A stretch of DNA of 64,000 bases. Source: Candidatus Latescibacterota bacterium. GTDB lineage: Bacteria; Latescibacterota; UBA2968. Location: contig OZ240241.1 of assembly GCA_965198115.1 (NCBI GenBank), forward strand, positions 608,001-672,000, written 5' to 3'. The position numbers and the translations under genes were made by a program. A model generated the notes under the pieces. That model was not told the origin of the DNA, did no database searches, and saw only the letters and a list, made by a program, of their open reading frames with translations. This document shows, one piece after another, positions 47,225 to 55,683 of this stretch; position 1 is the stretch's first letter; every line of letters starts with the position of its first letter.

Positions 47225-47863
47225 ATCGAACAGCCTGTAGAAGCCTACCCGCTGCAATGGCCGGCGGGATTCGAACGCGAAAACGATCCTCAGCCGTCGC
47301 GATTTTGGAAACCCTGGAGATCGGGTGGTGGCGATCGTCGGCATTCGGTCGATGAAGCACGGTATTTCGTGCAGCACGAGATCCACAGCCTGCAATACCG
47401 CGGAGACTCAGACACGGTTGTGATCAGTACCAATCTCCAGCTCCGACAGGACGGATACCCGAGGTCTGGCCAGCGCGAGCCTGATGACCAGGGCGTTGCG
47501 ATCTACTTCGATTACGACGGAGACTGGCGCGTCTTGGCCTGTGATCGGTGGAACCGAATCGCCTGCAACATCTGGGCGATCGCCAAGACCATCGAAGCGA
47601 TGCGCGGTATCGATCGCTGGGGCGTGAGTGACATGCTCAACCGTGCTTTCCTCGGTTTCAAAGGACTCCCGGAAGAGGGCAGCGGGCGACCGTGGTGGAA
47701 GACCCTCGGGCTGAACGGCGACGCACGATCGTACACCCAGGACGAAGTCAAGGTCGCATTCCGGACGCTGTCGAAGAAAATGCATCCCGACGTCGGTGGA
47801 GCTCCAGAGGAATGGCATGAACTTCAGACCGCTTACAAGCAAGCGATGGAGGCGACGGCGTGA
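47225..47863 (+). CDS. Phage protein with C-terminal J domain
   Basis: AYPLQWPAG N-terminal motif, VISTN, ACDRW, MHPDVGG (HPD). The frame opens at ATC 47225. Confidence 0.8.
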   Translation: MEQPVEAYPLQWPAGFERENDPQPSRFWKPWRSGGGDRRHSVDEARYFVQHEIHSLQYRGDSDTVVISTNLQLRQDGYPRSGQREPDDQGVAIYFDYDGDWRVLACDRWNRIACNIWAIAKTIEAMRGIDRWGVSDMLNRAFLGFKGLPEEGSGRPWWKTLGLNGDARSYTQDEVKVAFRTLSKKMHPDVGGAPEEWHELQTAYKQAMEATA

Positions 47864-48258
47864 CCGAGTGTGCGAAGACTGCGGCGATGACTGTAAACGT
47901 CGACAGGATGGCGCACCACCTTCGCTCGCTGATGAAGGCCGAGGTGCTGAAGCTCCTGAAGCTGGGCGTGTGCTCCTGCCGCGCCCTGGAACGGTCGCTG
48001 CGAACTAAGGGCTACGGTCCCCTGCTCGGCGCGAACGGCGCAAGAGCCGTGGACCGCCTGGTGCTGGAGCTGCGCCACGACGACGGGCAGGCGATCTGTG
48101 CGATGGAGGTCGTCACCACCGACATCGTCTACACGCTCGCAGGTATCCACCAGCGGGGGCCGATGCGAGTGAGGAAATCGGTGAAGCCGGAGCAGCTTAA
48201 GAAGACATCCCCCTCTAATTCACTCTCCCCACGAAAGGATGTAGACGAATGCCAGTAG
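47860..48258 (+). CDS. Hypothetical phage protein
   Basis: GTGA-coupled ORF. Confidence 0.55.
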   Translation: MTECAKTAAMTVNVDRMAHHLRSLMKAEVLKLLKLGVCSCRALERSLRTKGYGPLLGANGARAVDRLVLELRHDDGQAICAMEVVTTDIVYTLAGIHQRGPMRVRKSVKPEQLKKTSPSNSLSPRKDVDECQ

Positions 48259-49880
48259 AAACAGGGTTGCACGAGCTGCCGACTGAAGACCTCATCCCCA
48301 CTCCGAAGTTGCACGAGCTGCTGACCAAGGACCTCATCCCCACCGAGGACAACAAGCGGAAGGTCGATCCGAACTCGCCCGACATCCTCGAGCTTACACA
48401 GTCGGTCAAGGAGGTGGGTGTGCTGCAGCCGGTTCTGGTGCGCCCTCACCCTCAGAAAGCTGGCAAGTGGGACCTGCGTGCCGGCCATCGTCGACTGGTG
48501 GCGGCCAGGCTCGCCGACTTGGAAACGATCCCTGCGATCGTCGCTGATCTGGATGACCGTCGCGCAGCTGAGATCACGACCGTCGAGAACCTGCAGCGTG
48601 AGGACCTCTCGCCGATCGAGGAGGCCGAGCAGCTGCAGGTCATGATCGATGCGGGATGGGATATGGGGGCTTGCGCGGTGTCGATCGGGAAGGACCTGGC
48701 GTGGGTCCACTCTCGCGCCCGAATCTCCAAGCTGATCCCGGAGTTTAAGGAATTCGAGCTGGATGACGGGAGGCTGCTTTACGAAGCCTGGAGCATCGCC
48801 CACCTCGAGATGATCGCTCGCTATCCGGAAAACACGCAGAAAGAGATCTTTGCGATTTTCGAGAGGCGACATTACGTCCCGGATCTCGGGGACCTGAGGG
48901 GGACGATCGGTCGGCTCACGAACGAGCTGGACAAGGCGTCATTCGATCCGGAGGACCTCGAACTGGTGCCCGAAGCGACGTGTCCTGACTGCCCAAAACG
49001 CCGTGGTCATCATCCTGATCTGTTTCAGGAACTGGGACCCTCCATCCCGCTGAAAGAGGACGTTTGTCTGGACCCCGAATGCTACGCGATGAAGTCCCGG
49101 GTCCACGGGGAGAACGTCCTGAAGAAAGCGCAAGAGAAGGACGACAGGACGGTGGCCGTCGCAAAGATGCCGTATCACGACGAGTATCAGAAACCCGGGT
49201 CCACAAGCTATATGACTGACTACCGCCCAGCCAAGAAAGCCGACAGGGGCGCGATTCCAGCCGTCGTTGTCGGGGGCGAAGGGAAGATCGGAAGAAAGGT
49301 GTGGGTCAAGCCCACGTCCGGCTCGGGATCCTCAAGTTCCACGAAGACCGGGAAGAAGACGCTGGCCGAGAAGAAGACGGCGTTGGAGCAGCGTCGGATG
49401 CGGCACGCCCGGGCGGCGATGTGGGAGAAGATCGAGAAGATGGAGGCGGCTCCCAAAAAACCGCTGACTTGGTATGGTCAGATGATCGCCGCCGGTGCCT
49501 ATGACAGGGGGTTTGAACGCTGGAACGCAGCCGATATGGCCGCAGCCAAAAACAAGGACCTGCTAGAACACCTGTGGACTGGTATTTGGCAAGGGCTTGA
49601 AGGATACCCGCTGTTCGATGTGAACGACCGGGAGATCCCACCGAGGAAGCAGAAGGAACTTGAAGTGCTGGGTAACGAACTCGGGATCAGTTGGAAGGAT
49701 CTGGTGGCTGCCGCTGTGGAGGCCATTCCCGTCCCGAAAGCTTGGGCTGAGGAGGAGGCCGCGAAGGCGAAGGCCTCGAGCAACGGCCAGGCGAAGAAGG
49801 CACGAACCAAGAAGACGCCGAGAAAAGCGAAGAAGACGAAGCGGACCAGGAAGGTGACAAAAAAGGCCGATCGGTCGTGA
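48249..49880 (+). CDS. ParB/RepB/Spo0J-family protein
   Basis: GVLQPVLVRP, AGHRR, ENLQREDLSPIEEA, CPDCPK...C..P.CY, lysine-rich tail. Confidence 0.9.
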   Translation: MPVETGLHELPTEDLIPTPKLHELLTKDLIPTEDNKRKVDPNSPDILELTQSVKEVGVLQPVLVRPHPQKAGKWDLRAGHRRLVAARLADLETIPAIVADLDDRRAAEITTVENLQREDLSPIEEAEQLQVMIDAGWDMGACAVSIGKDLAWVHSRARISKLIPEFKEFELDDGRLLYEAWSIAHLEMIARYPENTQKEIFAIFERRHYVPDLGDLRGTIGRLTNELDKASFDPEDLELVPEATCPDCPKRRGHHPDLFQELGPSIPLKEDVCLDPECYAMKSRVHGENVLKKAQEKDDRTVAVAKMPYHDEYQKPGSTSYMTDYRPAKKADRGAIPAVVVGGEGKIGRKVWVKPTSGSGSSSSTKTGKKTLAEKKTALEQRRMRHARAAMWEKIEKMEAAPKKPLTWYGQMIAAGAYDRGFERWNAADMAAAKNKDLLEHLWTGIWQGLEGYPLFDVNDREIPPRKQKELEVLGNELGISWKDLVAAAVEAIPVPKAWAEEEAAKAKASSNGQAKKARTKKTPRKAKKTKRTRKVTKKADRS

Positions 49881-49962
49881 TGGAATCATCTCCTCCCACA
49901 ACACGCAGCCGCCAACGCGTCATTGTCGGCGGTGCCTTCGACTGGCTACGGGACGCGGAGCC

Positions 49963-49991
49963 TTGACAGCGTGTGTATGAGGGTCTAAGTT
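49963..49991 (+). promoter_or_regulatory. Probable late promoter
   Basis: TTGACA-17bp-TAAGTT at the early/late boundary. Confidence 0.65.
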
Positions 49992-50053
49992 TGCTCTTGG
50001 AGCCGCTCAACACCGAACGGAGGAAAGTCTTGGTTGATTGACAAAGACGGGTT

Positions 50054-50168
50054 CTGACATCGTGAGAGGCAGTACTCCTGCGCAGGGGATCGTTCCCGTA
50101 GGTCGCGGGTAGTAGCGAGCTGTAACGGCCGCATTCGTGAAAAATCACGGGTGCGGCCGTTTTCGTTT
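50054..50168 (+). ncRNA. Three-hairpin cis-regulatory element with overlapping intrinsic terminator, copy 1
   Basis: 84-nt repeat unit, terminator aacggccgcattcgtga-aaaa-tcacgggtgcggccgtt-ttcgttt. Confidence 0.65.
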
Positions 50169-50275
50169 GAGGAGAGAACGTGGACCTTTGCAGTGTTTTT
50201 CCAAGCTGATGAGCGGTGCGGCTCTGATCCTGGCGGCGCCGGCGCGGCCCTCGAGATGGCCCGGGACACTGTTCT

Positions 50276-50542
50276 ATGGCGGGTGAGAATCTGAATCGAG
50301 AGTTGGGCGCGATCCAGGCGACGCTGAACGCGGTGAAGGAGGACGTCCAGCGCCTGGACGTGAAGTTGGACGAGGTTCTTCATGCGATTCCCAGCCACGA
50401 AGAACAGCTAAAAAGCCACGCGGCGCAGCTCGCGTCATTTCGTGCGTGGCGCAACGGGCTGTTCGGTAAGGCCGTGGCCCTGCTCGGGGCCGCCGGCGCG
50501 CTCGGGGCGGGTATCAGCTGGTTCTTCGCTCGGACGAACTGA
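50276..50542 (+). CDS. Coiled-coil protein with C-terminal TM (XhlA/holin-like)
   Basis: Heptad pattern followed by AVALLGAAGALGAGISWFF. Confidence 0.65.
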   Translation: MAGENLNRELGAIQATLNAVKEDVQRLDVKLDEVLHAIPSHEEQLKSHAAQLASFRAWRNGLFGKAVALLGAAGALGAGISWFFARTN

Positions 50543-52314
50543 TGAGAGCCCCCACTACTTTGGAGTTTGCGATGAAATATGACGGGAACAAACACATCCT
50601 GCTGCGGAACCAGGCGCACAAGGCGAAGCTGACACCCGAGGAGTTTTCCGGGTTCGAACGACACCTCAAAGAGAGCGGGGTAACGGTTTTCGATGTAGAG
50701 GTGCCCGATTGGCCGCCCGCGGAAAAGTCGCCTCTGCAACTTGGTGGTGGCAATCCGTTCGAGGGCGAGTCCTGGGAGGGCACTCAGCCGGCGATCTCCA
50801 ACTCGGATTACGCCGGGCGCCGGCTGGTCACGAAGCTCGCCCGTGAAATGGCCGGGCCCCGACTCGCGCCGAAACGACTGGCCTATCAATGGCAGGTTCC
50901 CGAATTCGATCCCGAGCGACACATTCTGATGCGCCAATGGCTGGCCGAAAATGAGGTGTCGATCGTCGATTTCCTTCGTGAATACATTCCCAAAGTCAGA
51001 AAAGAGATTGGACGAGATCCGCTGTTCGAGGTTGCAAACCCACACGCCCAGGCTGAGAGTGATGCAGGAGGGGGCTACAGTCCTACCCGCCGTGCGCTCG
51101 CCATTGACGACCTCCTTGTTCTGAATAAGTTTGCCCAAGTTTCGGAACGGTTCACCTACGACTCGGACCAGCCCGTCACCTGGGTGCGTGCCCTGGACGA
51201 CTCCCGCTGGGAAGCACGACGTCAACATCCTCCGCAGCAAGAGCGGTGGGAGAATCACCGCTCTTGGATTAACCGCACGATCGGTGATGGCGCCTGGACC
51301 GAGGAAGACCGAGGGCCGGAAGGCCATGCCTTCGGCCCGTTCATGGAGCTATGGGACGACGGGGCGATGCAGCTCTGGTGTTACAAGCGGGCACTATCTT
51401 TCCTCGAGGACAACGCGCTGATTATCAACGGTGTTTCCGTCTCTTTCACCCCGGAGAAGATCGGGCACGTGTGTCGCATGGTCGGTCACGTGGAAAATGT
51501 ATCCGCGATACTGGGCATTGCCCCCGAACGCATCCAAGCGGAAAAGAGAATACAACAACCGCTTAGAATCGACTGTCACTTCGAGCAAAAGGGCAACGGA
51601 CCGTTCTGGCATCTGGGAGCGAATCCGAGCTCGCCCTTCCATCGTGCAAGCGAAAGGCCCCCGCTGGTCTTCCGCTTGCACAACGACGGTTCAGGGCAAG
51701 TCCGTGCGTGGGGCGATAAGTCGCTGCTCGACGGTTTTACTCTGAATGGGGTTGGTCTGTATGACTTTGCGCCGTGGCAGTCCGGTTTCCGCATTCAGGT
51801 AGATGCGGCGGACACAGAGATAATTCTTGAACGTGATAGATCCTCGCAGCCTCTTCCTGTCGACCCAAAGCCATCTCCACCCAGCGACGTGACGGATGGT
51901 GCAAGTGCTTATTCTCCTGCATCAGTCATCAATGCGTTGCAAGAGACCTTGGGCCGAAGCGTGTCGCTATTTGGACGTTCTGCGTCTGATAGTGCGGTGG
52001 TCGCCCTCACCCGGCAGGGCCTGAATAAATTCCTGCTGGACGATTTGTCGGATCGTGACCTCTACGTGACCGACGCGGGAGGACGCAACTACGACTGCGA
52101 AAACTTCGCCGAGCGGCTGAGGGTTAATCTCGCAGTGGCGCACGGTGTGAATGGCTGCATGGTCATCTGGGGCGACGGTCATGCTTTCAACGCTTTCGCC
52201 GTTGTCGGTTCGGCGGGTCCTGACATCGTGCTCGTGGAGCCCCAGACCGATGAGATCGTGACCTCGCCGGAAAGGGAGTACAGCATCGAGCGCCGCGCGG
52301 AGGTGCTCCTGTAA
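50542..52314 (+). CDS. 590-aa protein with C-terminal papain/transglutaminase-like (MOA Agglutinin_C-like) cysteine protease domain
   Basis: YDCENFA...GHAFNAF...VEPQTD after a proline-rich linker. N-terminal region not recognised. Confidence 0.7.
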   Translation: MRAPTTLEFAMKYDGNKHILLRNQAHKAKLTPEEFSGFERHLKESGVTVFDVEVPDWPPAEKSPLQLGGGNPFEGESWEGTQPAISNSDYAGRRLVTKLAREMAGPRLAPKRLAYQWQVPEFDPERHILMRQWLAENEVSIVDFLREYIPKVRKEIGRDPLFEVANPHAQAESDAGGGYSPTRRALAIDDLLVLNKFAQVSERFTYDSDQPVTWVRALDDSRWEARRQHPPQQERWENHRSWINRTIGDGAWTEEDRGPEGHAFGPFMELWDDGAMQLWCYKRALSFLEDNALIINGVSVSFTPEKIGHVCRMVGHVENVSAILGIAPERIQAEKRIQQPLRIDCHFEQKGNGPFWHLGANPSSPFHRASERPPLVFRLHNDGSGQVRAWGDKSLLDGFTLNGVGLYDFAPWQSGFRIQVDAADTEIILERDRSSQPLPVDPKPSPPSDVTDGASAYSPASVINALQETLGRSVSLFGRSASDSAVVALTRQGLNKFLLDDLSDRDLYVTDAGGRNYDCENFAERLRVNLAVAHGVNGCMVIWGDGHAFNAFAVVGSAGPDIVLVEPQTDEIVTSPEREYSIERRAEVLL

Positions 52315-52320
52315 TCGCAC

Positions 52321-52491
52321 ATGAGCAAACTGGATCTGGACGCGATTGAAGAGATGTCGCGGTTGCCGTCGGGCGTCGCGTCGGCGCTGCGAAAGAAGTT
52401 GGTCTACCTCCAGGGCCAGGAGGCTGGCATCCACGTCGTGCAATCACGGATTCTTCGAATTCTCACTGAGAAGGAAGTGGAGCAGTCCTGA
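52321..52491 (+). CDS. 56-aa hypothetical protein (not in the ORF track)
   Basis: MSKLDLDAIEEMSRL...EKEVEQS*, whose stop codon is the first TGA of repeat copy 2. Confidence 0.55.
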   Translation: MSKLDLDAIEEMSRLPSGVASALRKKLVYLQGQEAGIHVVQSRILRILTEKEVEQS

Positions 52492-52607
52492 CATTGTGAG
52501 AGTAGTACTCCTGCGCAGGGGATAGTTCCCGTAGGCCGCGGGCAGTAGCGAGCTGTAACGGCCGCATTCGATGGATTGGAGTTCCCATCGAGTGTCGGCC
52601 TTTTTTT
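52488..52607 (+). ncRNA. Three-hairpin cis-regulatory element with overlapping intrinsic terminator, copy 2
   Basis: 83-nt repeat unit, terminator ggccgcattcgatgg-loop-ccatcgagtgtcggcc-ttttttt. Confidence 0.65.
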
Positions 52608-52665
52608 GTTTCTGTGGCGCACACGTAACCCTGGTCGAATCGAACCCACCCACGAGGCAAATTCA

Positions 52666-52929
52666 TTGGCTGATTTATTCGAGAATTATTCAGCAGGCCT
52701 AACCTCGCCGCTGTCGCGCTCGGAGGTCGCCGACGTGTCGGCGGAGGACCACACGTTCACAAACGTCACTCGGGCCGTTCTCCTAAGCGAGGGTGTTGTC
52801 GTCATGCGGCTGGTGGGCGACGAGGCCGACTTGACGTTGACCGTGACCGGCGGAGCCTTCCTGCCGCTCAGGGTCGCGGTCGTGCGCAACACGGGGACCA
52901 CCGCGACGTCCGTGGTGGGGTTGTGGTGA
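52666..52929 (+). CDS. Head-spike base protein (RcGTA Rcc01079-like)
   Basis: TTG start with gagg RBS, DLFENYSAGLTSP...TRAV...LPLRV...TGTTATSVVGLW. Confidence 0.7.
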   Translation: MADLFENYSAGLTSPLSRSEVADVSAEDHTFTNVTRAVLLSEGVVVMRLVGDEADLTLTVTGGAFLPLRVAVVRNTGTTATSVVGLW

Positions 52930-53378
52930 TGGCCGAAGTTGGCGTGGGGACGTCGATCACGATGACCTACGGCCGCATCGTCGCCGGGTCGAAGGGGCGA
53001 GTCCCGTTAACGGGAGAAGCTGTCCGCGCGACGATCACGGCGGGGGCCGACGAAATCTATCGGGAAGGGATTCACGGTTCTGCCACCGGCGACCTGGAGA
53101 TCACGAGCAGCCTGGTCATCAATCGCGTCCGGCTGCGGCCGGACCGCCAATTATTCACCGTGAACGTACGGGGTGACGACGCATTCCCTAGCTGGGTTTT
53201 TGGCGAAGGTGCCGGCAAATCCTTCTATCTCCTGATCGAGGGCACCGCGCATGAGTTTGAAGTCCAGGACTCGCGCTCCGGGGGCGGGTTTATAACCTGG
53301 GTTGCCGTCGACATCCCGGCACCCGATGCGGGCACCACGGTCACGCTGATCGTGGCGGATAGCGGAGCAATAGTGTAA
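52929..53378 (+). CDS. Beta-rich virion protein, possible head spike or fibre
   Basis: Coupled to the spike-base gene, starts MAEVGVGTSIT. Confidence 0.5.
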   Translation: MAEVGVGTSITMTYGRIVAGSKGRVPLTGEAVRATITAGADEIYREGIHGSATGDLEITSSLVINRVRLRPDRQLFTVNVRGDDAFPSWVFGEGAGKSFYLLIEGTAHEFEVQDSRSGGGFITWVAVDIPAPDAGTTVTLIVADSGAIV

Positions 53379-53389
53379 GGGGTCAGCGG

Positions 53390-53794
53390 ATGAGTTTTGA
53401 ATACGAACAGCAGTACGCCTACAGGCTTAGCCAGCGCAAAGGCTTCCTGCTAGACCGTCAACTGCAGATGTATGGCGGAGAAGTCAACCATCCCCTCTTC
53501 AGCCCCCGGTCCACCGGGGTGATCGTGGAGCCGGGGTATGCGTGGGATGGCCCGAGCGGCCCCACGATCGACACGACGAACGCCATCCGGGCGTCACTGC
53601 TTCACGACGTGCTCTACCAAGCCATGCGTGAGAAGTTGATTCCAAGGAAACGCAACCGCCGCATCGCCGACGCAGCGTTTCGAAAGATTCTCAAAGAGGA
53701 CGGCATGCACTCCTTCAGGCGGTGGTTGTGGTGGATCACCGTCCGTCTGTTCGGAGGATACGCAGTCAAACCACAAACGAGGGATAGACGATGA
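53390..53794 (+). CDS. DUF1353-like protein
   Basis: GYAWDGPS...ASLLHDVLYQ...AD...VRLFG. Confidence 0.75.
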   Translation: MSFEYEQQYAYRLSQRKGFLLDRQLQMYGGEVNHPLFSPRSTGVIVEPGYAWDGPSGPTIDTTNAIRASLLHDVLYQAMREKLIPRKRNRRIADAAFRKILKEDGMHSFRRWLWWITVRLFGGYAVKPQTRDRR

Positions 53795-54198
53795 GTGTCT
53801 TGCTCGAAGATCTCAAGCGCGACGAGGGGTTTTCTCTGACGCCATATGAGGACAGCGAGGGCCTGCTGACGATCGGCTACGGCACGCTGATCGAGGAGAT
53901 TTCGAAAGAAGAGGCCCAGTGGCTCCTCGAGCACCGCCTGGAGAAGATCGTCGCCGAGCTCGTCGCTGCCGTGCCGTTCGTCGTCGATCTTCCCGCATCT
54001 GTCCAGCGTGGCCTGCACAACATGGCTTATAACCTGGGCGTACCTCGTCTCCTGGGTTTTAAAAACATGTGGGCGGCGTTGGAGGCTGGTGATTACGCGC
54101 GCGTGGCGACCGAGGCACTGGATTCGAAGTGGGCTGGACAGGTGGGCCCCCGTTCCGAGCGCATCGCGGCCTTATTCAGGAGCGCACAGGATGGCTAA
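53791..54198 (+). CDS. Endolysin (T4-type lysozyme)
   Basis: LKRDEG...YEDSEGLLTIGYG...NMAYNLG...DSKWAGQVGPR. Confidence 0.9.
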   Translation: MSVLLEDLKRDEGFSLTPYEDSEGLLTIGYGTLIEEISKEEAQWLLEHRLEKIVAELVAAVPFVVDLPASVQRGLHNMAYNLGVPRLLGFKNMWAALEAGDYARVATEALDSKWAGQVGPRSERIAALFRSAQDG

Positions 54199-54739
54199 CC
54201 CATTCTCATCCCTGGGCAAGGCGGTCGGCAAGATCGCCCCCGGCATCGCGTCGATGTTGGGATCCTCGGCCGGTGGCCCCATCGGCAGCGCACTGGCTTC
54301 CGACGCCGTCAAGGGCGTGGCCAAAGCCCTGGGCGTAAAGACCGAAGCGCCTGAGGCCTTGCTGCAAGCCCTGGAGAAGGCCACGCCCAGACAGCTGGAG
54401 GCGATACGCGCGGCCGACCACGACTTTCAGGTGCAGATGCGCAAACTCGGCCTCGAAGAGGAGGCCATACACCACAAAGACCGTTTGTCGGCGCGGGGGC
54501 GGGAAACCCTCGTCGGCGGCCGCACCACGCCCGCCCTTGCCGCCGTGACCGTGGCCGGATTCGTCGGCACCGTGGCCGTGGTCCTGTGGCTCGAAGGACG
54601 CGTCGACTCATCGCTCGGCGACTCCGTCCTCGCCGGTGCCGTCGTCGGCTACATCTCCGCCAAAGCCGACCAGGTCATCTCCTACTACTTCGGCTCCTCC
54701 TCGACCAGCGACGAGATGATCAAGAATGGGAAAAAGTAG
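54191..54739 (+). CDS. Holin-like membrane protein
   Basis: DRLSARGRE, two TM segments, VISYYFGSS, adjacent to the endolysin. Confidence 0.7.
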   Translation: MANPFSSLGKAVGKIAPGIASMLGSSAGGPIGSALASDAVKGVAKALGVKTEAPEALLQALEKATPRQLEAIRAADHDFQVQMRKLGLEEEAIHHKDRLSARGRETLVGGRTTPALAAVTVAGFVGTVAVVLWLEGRVDSSLGDSVLAGAVVGYISAKADQVISYYFGSSSTSDEMIKNGKK

Positions 54740-54741
54740 AC

Positions 54742-55077
54742 GTGAGCGCCACGACCTTCGAACGCGATTCGTCGGCCGCCCGCGGCTACGCCCGCAGATG
54801 GAGGAAGGCGCGGGCGGCGTTTTTGCGAAAAAACCCGCTGTGTGTGATGTGCCGGGCCGAGGGCAAAACCCGAGAGGCTCACGTGGTGGACCACATCATC
54901 CCGCACAAGGGGGACAGGAAGCTGTTCTGGGATCGATCGAACTGGCAGGGCCTGTGCACGGCGCATCACTCGGGAGCCAAGCAGGCTCTCGAGCGGCGCG
55001 GCTACGGCAGGCAGGTAGGAGCAGACGGCTGGCCCCTGGACCCGAACCATCCGGCCAACCGTGGAGTTAGTTCATAA
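54742..55077 (+). CDS. Packaging-associated HNH endonuclease (HK97 gp74-like)
   Basis: RGY..RWRKAR..FL..NPLCVMC...VDHIIPHKGD..LFWD..NWQGLC..HH. Confidence 0.9.
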   Translation: MSATTFERDSSAARGYARRWRKARAAFLRKNPLCVMCRAEGKTREAHVVDHIIPHKGDRKLFWDRSNWQGLCTAHHSGAKQALERRGYGRQVGADGWPLDPNHPANRGVSS

Positions 55078-55086
55078 AGGGGGGAC

Positions 55087-55422
55087 TTACTCATAGCTGA
55101 GCCCTCGCGCCAGGAACGTTGTGGCGAGCTGGTTCAGGCTCACGCCTTCGGCCGCCGCGCGCTTGGCAAGTTGCATGTGCAGACTTTTGGGTATCCGCTG
55201 GACAAACTGTCCGCTGTAGGACTTGGGCTTGGGCAGCTCATCACGGTCTTCCCTTTCGGCAGCCACCCAGGCATCGAAGGCGTCGCGCGCTTCGGAGATC
55301 GCCTCCTCGAAGGTGGTGCCGTCGGCCATGCATCCAGGCAGATCGGGAACGAGGACCAGGAAGCCGCCGCCGTCCTCTTCGTGAAGGGGAGTAACCGTGA
55401 TGGGATAGTCTTCAAATCTCAT
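55087..55422 (-). CDS. hicB: HicB antitoxin
   Basis: VPDLPGCMADG...SGQFVQRIPKSLH...EGVSLNQ. Confidence 0.9.
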   Translation of the reverse strand: MRFEDYPITVTPLHEEDGGGFLVLVPDLPGCMADGTTFEEAISEARDAFDAWVAAEREDRDELPKPKSYSGQFVQRIPKSLHMQLAKRAAAEGVSLNQLATTFLARGLSYE

Positions 55423-55657
55423 GACTTAAGCCCTCTTCGATGAGTGTTACCAGATGCTTGATGTAGACCGGCTTGATGGGTTTGTGCATCGGGATTGTCA
55501 GATGATGGCCCCGTGCGTTCGTAAGGACGGCGTGACTGGTTCCGCGTTGTCGGAGCGTCAGGTTGTGGGCTTTCGCCACCGTCTTGATGTTGTCGGGCGT
55601 CCAATCGCCTTTGGGGTTGGACTTCATTCGGGTAAGCAGTTTAGCGGCGTTTCCCAT
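55412..55657 (-). CDS. hicA: HicA toxin
   Basis: GTSH...LTIPMHKPIKPVYIK. Confidence 0.88.
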   Translation of the reverse strand: MGNAAKLLTRMKSNPKGDWTPDNIKTVAKAHNLTLRQRGTSHAVLTNARGHHLTIPMHKPIKPVYIKHLVTLIEEGLSHEI

Positions 55658-55665
55658 ACCTTAAT

Positions 55666-55683
55666 GATACTGTATATAGTATC
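55666..55683. promoter_or_regulatory. Palindromic operator upstream of hicA
   Basis: gatact-gtatat-agtatc. Confidence 0.5.

Noticed and set aside
50054-52570. Repeat pair as a DGR template/variable repeat or a CRISPR array
   Set aside because: Mismatches are not adenine-specific, both copies are non-coding, there are only two units 2.4 kb apart, and no reverse transcriptase or cas gene is in the window
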